Of a stretch of 50,903 nt of DNA, positions 1 to 9,800 are shown piece by piece. This DNA comes from Saprospiraceae bacterium (GTDB taxonomy: Bacteria > Bacteroidota > Bacteroidia > Chitinophagales > Saprospiraceae): NCBI GenBank assembly GCA_046314415.1, contig JBKBWT010000001.1, positions 1,160-52,062 on the forward strand, given 5' to 3'. The stretch's first letter is position 1, and the number at the start of each line of letters is the position of its first letter. Both the position numbers and the translations under genes were made by a program. The notes under the pieces are model-generated. The model worked only from the letters and a program-made list of their open reading frames with translations. It made no database searches and was not told the origin of the DNA.

Positions 1-188
1 TCCAGGTAAGTGCTCGACTTTACTTCGCCTGCCAGCACAACCTGACCGGTAGTCACCAATGTTTCGCAAGCTACTTTCGATTGGGGGTCGAAGGCAAGAA
101 AGTGGTCAACAAGTGCGTCGGAAATCTGATCGGCTATTTTATCCGGGTGCCCTTCCGAAACAGATTCAGAGGTAAATAAATATGGCAT
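1..188 (-). CDS. metK: S-adenosylmethionine synthetase, N-terminal 62 codons only (the gene runs off the left window edge)
   Basis: My own translation of the reverse complement from the ATG at 188-186 gives [62 protein letters not shown]. This is the conserved MetK N-terminus with the GHPDK motif. It is absent from the ORF track because it is truncated. Confidence 0.85.
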   Translation of the reverse strand, partial: MPYLFTSESVSEGHPDKIADQISDALVDHFLAFDPQSKVACETLVTTGQVVLAGEVKSSTYL

Positions 189-228
189 TTTGAATATGAT
201 TAATTTTCAAATCGTTAGAAAAGCGGTG

Positions 229-236
229 CAAAAATA
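229..236 (-). promoter_or_regulatory. candidate Bacteroidota -7 promoter box (TATTTTTG, matches TAnnTTTG) upstream of metK
   Basis: The minus-strand sequence TATTTTTG lies about 40 nt upstream of the metK ATG. This is a motif match only. Confidence 0.25.
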
Positions 237-368
237 GAAATTTTGGAGAAATGTAGCTTTATCTTTCTAAAAAGATGACAAGGCTTCGACAGAGCAATGA
301 GATGTAAAAGCCATAAGATTCAAAAACCTTACAGCTTTTGCCAAGTTGGAAGTATTCAAATTCTGATT

Positions 369-992
369 TTAGCGAATGTCACACGTTAGCACGTGCTCGG
401 TTTTGCCATCTTTCATGGTAATAAATCCTTCCAGCTTGTCGCCAATTTTCACCGGACCTACGCCTGCCGGGGTGCCCGTGTAAATCAGGTCGCCCATTTG
501 CAGTTTAAAAAATTTGGAAACGTACACGATAATCGCATCAAAAGAAAACATCATTTCATTGGTATTGCCGTGCTGCACCACTTCATTGTTCAGGCGCAAT
601 TTGAACTCAATACCCTCGCGGTTCACTTTGTCAATATCAATAAAATCGCTCAAGGCTGCCGAGCCGTCAAAACCTTTGGCAATTTCCCAGGGATGCCCTT
701 TCTTTTTGAGCTGATCCTGCAAGTCGCGTGCCGTGAAATCAATGCCAAACGCAATTTGATCATAATATTCGCTGGCGAATTCCGGCTGCACGTGCCGACC
801 ATTTTTACAAATTTTTAATACAATTTCTCCCTCATAATGAAGGTCTTGCGTAAATTCCGGATAATACAATGGCTTATTGTTTACCAGCAAAGCCGAGGCA
901 GGCTTCATAAAGACCACTGGCTTGTCAGGAATTTCATTTTTCAGTTCTTTTGCGTGCTCGGCGTAGTTGCGCCCAATACAAATAATTTTCAT
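369..992 (-). CDS. fumarylacetoacetate hydrolase (FAH) family protein
   Basis: 207-aa ORF with an ATG start. The N-terminus MKIICIGRNYAEHAKE...KPVVFMKP and the GDLIYTGTPAGVGPV motif are typical of FAH / 2-keto-4-pentenoate hydratase-like enzymes. Confidence 0.85.
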   Translation of the reverse strand: MKIICIGRNYAEHAKELKNEIPDKPVVFMKPASALLVNNKPLYYPEFTQDLHYEGEIVLKICKNGRHVQPEFASEYYDQIAFGIDFTARDLQDQLKKKGHPWEIAKGFDGSAALSDFIDIDKVNREGIEFKLRLNNEVVQHGNTNEMMFSFDAIIVYVSKFFKLQMGDLIYTGTPAGVGPVKIGDKLEGFITMKDGKTEHVLTCDIR

Positions 993-1049
993 GGCTATTG
1001 TAATTTGCTGATATACTAATAATTAGCACATCGACGAATCTTTATAATA

Positions 1050-2057
1050 TTAAAACTTAACATTTAATAATCCTGATAATTCTTTTACCTGGCGAATGGT
1101 CTCCTGCGCGCGCTGGCGAATGAGCGCAGAAGAAGCTTTCACTTGCTCTTTGATCTCTTTTTTATTCGCTTGAATTTCGGCTTTTCGCTCGCGGAAGGGA
1201 TTGCTCACCTCCACCAAGGCTTCGGCTACAGCTTCTTTCAGTTCAACATATTTTAATGTACCAACTTCATAATGAGCCATTAATACATTATACGCATCCA
1301 TTTTATCACTTGCCCGCAGCAGCGAAAAGAGATTTTTTACGCCCGGACTCATCTCACCCGCTGGGGTATCGCCGGTATCGGTCACCGCTGATTTGATCTG
1401 TTTGCGAATGCGATCCGGCTCAGCAAAAATATTGATATAATGTTTTTCACCGGCGCTTTTACTCATTTTACGCGTGGGATCGGCAGTGGACATTACCCGC
1501 GGCACCTCGGTATGTAATGCTTTTGGTAATATTAAGTACTCTTTATTTACTTGGTTATTAAAACGCTGAGCAATATTACGTGCCAATTCTAAATGTTGAT
1601 CCTGATCATCGCCCACCGGCACAAAGTCAGCACGATAAATGAGAATATCCGCCGCTTGCAACACCGGATAGGTCAGCAGCCCCGCGGAGATAAAATTATC
1701 CGCACTCTCCTCGCTCTGCTTGCTCTTATCTTTGAATTGGGTCATACGACTCAGCTGCCCGTAAGAACAAAAGCAGGTAAAAATCCAGTTCAACTCAGCG
1801 TGCTCTGGCACCAACGACTGAATAAAAAGGTTTTCGGGTTGAATACCCGTTGCCATCAGATTGAAAATCAGTTCCCAAGTATTTTCCACCAGTTTTTTTG
1901 AGTCGTAAGGCATCGTCATGGCATGATAGTTCGCCACGCCATAAAAACATTGGTATTCAGACTGCAAATTCACCCAGTTTTTAACGGCGCCAAAATAATT
2001 GCCAAAGTGCATGTCGCCGGTGGGCTGAATGAGAGAAAGGACGCGTTTTTTTTCCAT
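1050..2057 (-). CDS. trpS: tryptophan--tRNA ligase
   Basis: 335-aa ORF. It has class I aaRS signatures (SLIQPTGDMHFGNYFG near the N-terminus and a KMSKS loop). Length and overall sequence are typical of bacterial TrpRS. Confidence 0.93.
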   Translation of the reverse strand: MEKKRVLSLIQPTGDMHFGNYFGAVKNWVNLQSEYQCFYGVANYHAMTMPYDSKKLVENTWELIFNLMATGIQPENLFIQSLVPEHAELNWIFTCFCSYGQLSRMTQFKDKSKQSEESADNFISAGLLTYPVLQAADILIYRADFVPVGDDQDQHLELARNIAQRFNNQVNKEYLILPKALHTEVPRVMSTADPTRKMSKSAGEKHYINIFAEPDRIRKQIKSAVTDTGDTPAGEMSPGVKNLFSLLRASDKMDAYNVLMAHYEVGTLKYVELKEAVAEALVEVSNPFRERKAEIQANKKEIKEQVKASSALIRQRAQETIRQVKELSGLLNVKF

Positions 2058-2147
2058 TTTTCAGAGCTTAATCATAGTTGGACACCGTTGAAGATCCGTT
2101 GAGCGGTTGATTGCATTTAAAACTCAACCTTTCACCCCTTTAACCTT

Positions 2148-2531
2148 TCAACTAACCGCAGCAATCATTGAAATTTCGATGTTGACAAAGCGTGGCAGAT
2201 TCGCCACTTCCACCAATTCACGCGCAGGCGCGGTAGCTTCGTTAAAATATTGGCTATAAACCGCGTTAATACGGCTAAACAGATGCATATCTTTCACAAA
2301 AACCGAGGCTTTCAGCACATTTTCAAAGGTCAGTCCGGCTTCGGTAAGAATGGCTTGCAGGTTTTCCATCACCTGACGGGTTTCGCTTTCAATGTCATTG
2401 GTGACTAGCTCGCCGTTTTCAGGATTAATGGCAATCTGCCCGGAAATATATAATGTATTATTTGCAATAACTGCCTGATTGTAAGGACCAATTGGCAGAG
2501 GCGCTTTTGGCGTATTGATGATTTTTTTCAT
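2148..2531 (-). CDS. ridA: RidA/YjgF family reactive-intermediate deaminase
   Basis: 127-aa ORF. PKAPLPIGPYNQAV...LYISGQI...VKASVFV...PARELVEVANLP is the classic YjgF/RidA pattern. Confidence 0.9.
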   Translation of the reverse strand: MKKIINTPKAPLPIGPYNQAVIANNTLYISGQIAINPENGELVTNDIESETRQVMENLQAILTEAGLTFENVLKASVFVKDMHLFSRINAVYSQYFNEATAPARELVEVANLPRFVNIEISMIAAVS

Positions 2532-2678
2532 GGTGTTTTAGCGTTAGGTGTTTTGGTGTTAGCGTTTCTAAAACTCCGACGTACTATCGTACTCTAACAC
2601 CAATTTTAACAAGAAAAGCCCCGCATCGCACTAAGTTCGGATGGGAGCTATATTCTTTTATTCTCAACATAAGAATGG

Positions 2679-2879
2679 TTATGCTTCGTCTTCGGCAGCC
2701 GCTTTTTTCAGCATCTTACCACGATAGTACATATTACCTTCGCTGTCGTAGTAAGCGTGGTGCAACACATGACGTTCGCCGGTAGTGGTGCAAGTAGCAA
2801 TTTGTGGAATCGCTGCCTTATGGTGCGTACGGCGCTTGTGCTTGCGCATCTTCGAAATTCTACTCTTGGGATGTGCCAT
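2679..2879 (-). CDS. rpmF: 50S ribosomal protein L32
   Basis: The track ORF 2679..2936 contains MAHPKSRISKMRKHKRRTHHK..., the L32 N-terminus. I place the start at the internal ATG at 2879 (66 aa). The 19 upstream codons are AT-rich read-through. The usual yceD-rpmF gene order is present. Confidence 0.85.
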   Translation of the reverse strand: MAHPKSRISKMRKHKRRTHHKAAIPQIATCTTTGERHVLHHAYYDSEGNMYYRGKMLKKAAAEDEA

Positions 2880-2965
2880 TGCTATAAAAATTTGAAATGA
2901 GAGATAAGAAAGGAGAAATTCTAACCGATTTTTCAAATTTCATCTTTCAAATTTCACATTTATGT

Positions 2966-3508
2966 TTAATTATCGTTTTTATTTAATTTCTTCAATTCTT
3001 CCCAAATTGGGTTGCTTTCGGTAGTGGTTTCCGGTTCTGCTTCGTCATTGCCATTTTGTAAATACCGAAGCATTTCCTGGTTGCAGGGTCGAACCGCTTC
3101 ATCTTCACAATTGTACACCCTTATAATTGGCATCGAGAGTATGATGTACTCATAAACATACTTTGCCACGTGCAATTGTTGAATGTCAGGTTGAACATAG
3201 ATGACGTCGGCATCTTCTGCTTCTTCCGTTTCACTGAATTTTACGATCAGATGTTGCGTATCTTTAACTGGAAGATTGATAGGTGCCAGGCATCGATCAC
3301 AATCGGTTTTTACAGTGCCGGCGAAGTCAAATTCCAGTAGCAACATATCCGGTCGCTTATCCAGCGTAAGCGTTACATTGACAGCACCTTCTTGCACCGG
3401 CGAATCTTCAAACTGGCTAAAAAAAGCTTTATCCACCTGAAAATCAAACCGATGTGCTCCCACGCGCAACCCCCTTACCGGTAAGGAATATTGTATCAAG
3501 GGATCCAT
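2966..3508 (-). CDS. yceD: YceD/DUF177 family protein (large ribosomal subunit accumulation protein)
   Basis: 180-aa acidic ORF immediately upstream of rpmF. It carries a CDRCL motif and an acidic C-terminus as in DUF177 proteins. Confidence 0.8.
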   Translation of the reverse strand: MDPLIQYSLPVRGLRVGAHRFDFQVDKAFFSQFEDSPVQEGAVNVTLTLDKRPDMLLLEFDFAGTVKTDCDRCLAPINLPVKDTQHLIVKFSETEEAEDADVIYVQPDIQQLHVAKYVYEYIILSMPIIRVYNCEDEAVRPCNQEMLRYLQNGNDEAEPETTTESNPIWEELKKLNKNDN

Positions 3509-3747
3509 TTTAAAGAACTTTTATACTACCGCCGGCAAAGGCGGGTGCAAAGATAAAATCTTTTTCAAAAACTAAGGTAATAGTTTTTACATAAAAAATC
3601 GCTGTTTTTTTCGATTATTGCATGTAAATTCTAAGCCACCCTACGTTATACAAACGTAATTTAACATATAACGCCCTTTCCAGACAAATAGTCGTTAATT
3701 AATCTGTGGTTAACATTACTATCTCCAGCAAAAGTTCCCAAAAAAAT

Positions 3748-3755
3748 TAATTTTG
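3748..3755 (+). promoter_or_regulatory. candidate -7 promoter box TAATTTTG (TAnnTTTG) upstream of the giant surface-protein gene
   Basis: Exact match to the Bacteroidota -7 consensus, 51 nt upstream of the ATG at 3806. This is a motif match only. Confidence 0.3.
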
Positions 3756-3805
3756 CCGCTACTTCTGGCTAAACTACACGTCATAACATAAAACAGACCT
3801 CATAC

Positions 3806-6800
3806 ATGAGAATTTTTATCATTTGCTTGTTTTTTCTGTGTCTGACCAATATTGTACAGGCACAATTGGTAACGATTTATTCAGAGGACTTTAGCACTTA
3901 TCCTGATGGTACAACGGGAGGCGATAGATGGAATGGGGATGGCTCCGATTGTGATGGAACCGGTGCTTCGCGCGTCGGCGTCTTCAGTGGGCGCTTTGAA
4001 TGGCGCGATATGGAAGGCAGTTGTGGCGGGGCTGGTTGCTTGGGAGGAGGGCAAACCGACAATGTGTTTGAAGTGGGTCCCATTGAAATCAATGGCTGTA
4101 ATGTTACGGCATCCATTTCATTAGGAGGTGCTGGTGGTTTTGAATGCGATTCGCCTGGTGCACCGCTTTTCTCCTGTAATAACAGCCATGACCAGTTAGT
4201 GGTAGAATACAGCGTCAATGGTGGACCTTATCAACTTTTTCCCGGCGGTTACATTTGTGGCGGCGGTGGGCTAGGTACAAAAACGATTACTGGCATCGTT
4301 GGCAACACACTCAGTATTCGAGTGACGGGAGGCAACAAAGCAGTGGATGAGACTTATTTTATTGACAACATTGTGATACGTGGCAATTCAACGGCTACGG
4401 TTGCAATTACAGGTCCCACTTCGGTGTGTGACGGCGGCAGCATTAATTTGAGTGCCAGCCCCGGTTTTGCCGATTATACCTGGAGCAATGGGGATAATGG
4501 ACAGACCATTCAAGTGACTGCCCCAGGTACTTATACCGTTACGGCGACTACTGCCGGAGGTTGCCGGGCTACAGCAACCCGGAATATAACATTGGCACCG
4601 GCTCCGGTGGTTACCATCACTGGTACTACGCAGTTGTGCGATGGTGGAAACGGGACACTTACCGTCACCCAAAATTTTAGCAATTATGAATGGAATACGG
4701 GGCAAACCGGTCGCACCATCACAATAGACGCTCCGGGCACGTACGAAGTAACCGTGACCGATGCAAACGGCTGCATTGGTAGGCGTTCTTTCACGGTAAA
4801 CGGTGGCAGTCCGCCTAATGTAACCATCAATCCGGCAGGAGGACAAACCAGTATTTGTTTAGGTTCTACGCTTAATCTTACTGCGACTGGTGCAGGTATT
4901 ACTTCTTATCGCTGGTCAAATGGTGCTACAACTGCCATTAATAACATCAATCGCGGTGGTACTTATACCGTAACGGTTACCAATGCGCTAGGTTGTGGAA
5001 ATGAAGCTTCTATTGATATTGATGAGAATGTACGCCCAACGCTTAATGCAATTGGTACGCAAAATGCTTGTGGACTATATGAATTACCACCCATTACCGG
5101 TACAAATTTAACTGGTAATGAATTGTATTATACAGCTCCGAATGGAGGCGGACAAACTTTTTCTCCGGGGGATGAAATCACCACTACCCGCCTGCTGTAT
5201 ATTTTTGATGGATTTCCGGGGTGTACGGCACAAACTACTTTTCAGGTAATCGTTACCCCCAAGCCAGAATTGAACGATATTCCCGACCAGAATGCCTGCG
5301 ATGCTTATGTACTGCCCCAGATTACCGGCTCTACGCTCACCAACGGGCGAGCTTATTATACCGGAACAAATGGTACCGGCACCAGATTTTTACCCGGCGA
5401 TACCATTCGAACCAATAGAAACTTATTCATATATGATGGAACGGCTACTTGCAACGACCAGGAAAGTTTTTCCATCACGGTCACACCCGGTCCACGGGTG
5501 AATGATCTTCGCGACACCAGTATTTGTGGGGGTTTTACGTTACCGGCTATCACCGGCACCAATCTTACTCCAGGAGCTTCGGCATATTATACTGGTCCGG
5601 GTGCAACAGGTACCCGATTCAATCCGGGTAATCGTATCACCAGTTCCCAAACGCTTTATATTTACAATGGCACGGCGACTTGTTTTAATGAACAAACCGT
5701 TCGTATTAATATTACCAATGGTCCGCAAATCAATCCAATCCAGGATACGACTGTTTGTAACGCTTTTACCCTCCCCACTATTACCGGCACGAATCTCAGT
5801 GGCAATCAAGCCTATTTTACGGCTTCGGGTGGTACAGGTACCCGCTTGAATCCGGGAACAGTCATTAATACTTCTCAAACCCTGTATGTCTTTGATAATG
5901 ATGGCATCTGTGCGCAACAAGATACTTTTACGGTAACGATTGCGACAACGCCCACCGTAAATGATCTGGCAGACGTGACCCAATGTAGCTTCTACGTATT
6001 GCCAACGATTACCGGAAATAATCTCACTGGTAATCAGGCTTATTTTACACAGTCGAATGGTGGCGGCATCCGATTTGTTGCTGGCGATACCATCCAAACC
6101 AATACCAACCTCTTTATTTATGACGGTGCCACCGGCTGCAGCGATGAAGAAAGTGTAATGATTACTATTTTACAAGCGCCGGTATTCACGCCTATTAATG
6201 ATCAAACCACCTGTGCTTTGTACGTTTTACCGAGTATAAATGGCACCGGATTAAGTGGTAATCAGGCTTATTTTACACAACCGGACGGTAGGGGTACACG
6301 ATTGGTAGCGGGCGATACCATTCAAACTACCGGCACTTTTTACATTTTTGATGATAACGGCTCTTGCGCCGCCCAAGACGAGTTTACCCTGACTATTCAA
6401 CCTGCGCCGGTCTTAAACCCGATCAGTGATCTTAGTGCTTGTGAACAATTGATCCTACCAGCAATTCAAGGCACGAATCTCACGAACAATGCCGCTTACT
6501 TTACCCAGCCGAATAGTGCGGGTACCCGCTTTGCTCCTGGCGATACCATTAAAACTACCACCACTTTATACGCGTTCAATAGCAATGGCTCCTGCACCAC
6601 CCAAGATACTTTCCTGGCAACGATTCATGTGAATCCAACGGCAAGCATTCGTACCAAAAATGTGACTTGCAATGCCGGTCAAGACGGTACAATGGAAGTA
6701 ATTGTTCTTGGCAATGCTCCATTCCGCTTTGATTGGAATGGCACTACGCTGGATGGTCAGCAAAATATCACGAATGTAGCTGCCGGAGATTATCAGGTAA

Positions 6801-9800
6801 TGGTTACGGATAGTAATAATTGCTCGACGATTGTAACGACCACCATTACCGAACCAGTACCGCTGGAACTCCGTTGTGCTGCACAAAGCCCCGCCTCCGC
6901 TACCAATGCTGCGGATGGCAGCGCACAAGTGATTTTAACGAATGGTACGGCGCCGTTTCAATTGACCTGGTCAGGGGCAAGCCCCGGTACACGAACCGTC
7001 AATGCAGCAGATACGGTCACGATTGCTAATCTGGCAGGTGGAACTTACGATCTCACCCTTACCGATGCCAATGGTTGCACTACTACCTGTAGTTTTGCCA
7101 TTGGTATTTTGGGTTGTAATGTGACGATCGATCTGACCGGTACCGATGCCACTTGTGCATCCGAAAACAATGGCTCCATCTTGACTACAATCACCGGCGC
7201 AGCTCAACCTATTCGTTATGATTGGAATGTTGACTCGCTCGATGGTACGAAAGACCCCACCGGGCTGGCACCTGGCAATTATAGATTGACTGCAACTGAT
7301 TCCAATAATTGTATTATCAATGGTGATGTGCAGATCGGTACGCAGTTTCCTTCACCTGATGTCACCATTTCTTACAGCAGCATTGTATGTGAAGATGATT
7401 GCTTTAATTTGGACATAGAATTGACCGGAACGCCGCCATTTTCTATTGATTATCAAATATCTACCAATACTGGACCTATTGCTCGAACGATAAATATTAA
7501 TTCCAATCGCGATACTTTAGCAATTTGTCCTGCCGATTTCCGTATCACCGATGGTTTTCTCATTTTACAACTCCTGCGCCTGCGCGATGCGAATTGTGAA
7601 ACTTCACTGAATCGGACAGACACATTAGTCATAAAGCCTATTTCACGTGACACCGTTGCGCTTACGCTGTGCAGTACAGATAGTCTGGTGATCAATGGTC
7701 AGGTATTCAATCAGGCGGTACCGCAAGGTGAGGTAAGGCTGTTTGGTGATGCCGCCAATGGCTGTGACTCTATCATCACTGTGAATCTGAGCTTTTATCC
7801 GCCCGCTGTTTTTGATTTGAATCAAACCATTTGTGAAACGGATAGCATCCTGGTAAATGGTACGGTTTACAATCGAAATAATCCTCGCGGTACCGAAACG
7901 CTCATCGGCGCGGCGGAGCACGGTTGCGATTCAATTGTCAACATTAATTTGCAGTTTTTCCCGCCTGTCACATTTACCTTAAATTCAACGATTTGTGAAA
8001 CAGATAGCATCGTAGTGAATGGCAGGGTTTATAATCAGAATAATCCCCAGGGAACCGAAACGCTCGTTGGGGCGGCTGCTAACGGTTGCGATTCGATTGT
8101 GAACATCAACTTGCAATTTTTCCCGCGTGTAACGTTCGATTTGAATCAAACGATTTGCGAAAGCGATAGCCTTATTGTAAATGGCACCGTTTACAACCAA
8201 TTGAATACCAGCGGTGTAGAAACATTAGTCGGTGTGGCTGCCAACGGTTGTGACTCCATTATCAATATCAATCTACAGTTTTTCCCACGGGCGACTTTTG
8301 ACTTGAATCAAACGATTTGCGAAAATGACAGCATTGTGGTCAATGGTCGGGTTTACAATCGTACCAATCCAAGCGGCACGGAAATACTGAATAATGCAAG
8401 CGTAAATGGCTGCGATTCAGTTATTAATATCAATTTGCAATTTTTTACCCAAGTCACATTCGATCTGAATCAGACAATTTGTACCACCGATAGCATCGTG
8501 GTAAATGGTACAGTTTACAACCAAAATAATCCAAGAGGTACGGAAATCTTCGTTGGGGGCAGTGCTACGGGCTGCGATTCGCTGGTCAATGTCAACCTGC
8601 AATTTTTTCCTACGGCAGTTTTTGATCTGAATTCTACGCTCTGTGAGGGGGATAGTATCATCGTGAACGGCAAGGTGTATAATCAAGCCAAGCCGAGTGG
8701 CACCGAGTTGATTCCTGGCAGTAGCATAAATAGCTGTGATTCAATTATAAACGTGCAGCTTACTTTCCTGGAAATTGCCAGAACGAACATTGACACCACG
8801 CTTTGCCCCGGTGAATCGTTGGTCGTAAATGGTACGACCTACAATGCCAACCGAACTGTCGGCACAGAAATCATCCAGGGGGGCGCAGCGAATGGCTGTG
8901 ACAGCATTGTCGAGGTAAGATTGCAATTTTTTGCACCCGCCGTTTTTGAATTAAATCCAACGATTTGTGCAACTGATAGCATCATAGTAAATGGTAATGT
9001 GTACAATCGGGCTACACCCAGTGGAACGGAAAAGCTGCTCGGCGCTAGCGTAACTGGTTGTGATTCAACAGTTAATATCAATTTACAATTTTTCCCCACG
9101 AGTGAAACAACGATCGATACAACGCTTTGTACCGGTGAAACACTGACCGTTAATGGCACGGTTTATAATGAACAAAATCCACGCGGTACAGAGCTTTTGG
9201 TTGGTGCCAGCGCCAATGGTTGCGATTCGTTGATTAATATACGCCTCAACTACCTGCCCCCGGCAATCTTTAATTTGAATCGTACGATTTGTGAAGATGA
9301 TACCATCATTGTGAACGGGAGAACTTATAATCGTTTGAACCCCAGCGGTACGGAGACATTAATCGGCGCTAGTACAAATGGCTGTGATTCAATCATTAAC
9401 ATCAATTTGAGTTTTTTCCCAAGAGCTACATTTGACTTGAATCGCACCTTGTGTGCAGGCGATAGTATAGTGATGAACGGTACAGTGTACAATCAAAATA
9501 ACCCGCGCGGCACTGAAATTTTAGCAGTCGCTAGCCGTAATGGTTGTGATTCTATTGTCAATATCAATCTTCAGTTTTTACCAGCCGTGCGAACGACACT
9601 CGATACTGTGCTTTGTCCTGGTGAATCACTCACCGTAAATGGTACAACGTACAATCAATCGCGACTGACCGGCACCGAAATCATCCGCGGGGGCGCCCGC
9701 AATGGTTGTGACAGCATCATCCAGGTAAATTTGCGGTATCGCCCGGCGATAAGCGGCGCTATTGAAGGAAATGCCACCATTTGCGCAGGTGATAGTACAA

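Noticed and set aside
189-368. SAM riboswitch upstream of metK
   Set aside because: I read the 180-nt leader on the minus strand and found none of the SAM-I core elements (no GGGA / GCAACC-type conserved junctions and no four-helix layout). Only a small AT hairpin is present. A cmscan would settle it.
2058-2147. T-box or attenuator leader upstream of trpS
   Set aside because: The spacer is only 90 nt and has no specifier or antiterminator architecture. T-boxes are also not expected in Bacteroidota.
2880-2936. N-terminal extension of the L32 ORF (MKNRLEFLLSYLSFQIFIA)
   Set aside because: L32 proteins start at MA(H/V)PK. The extension is translated AT-rich intergenic repeat sequence.
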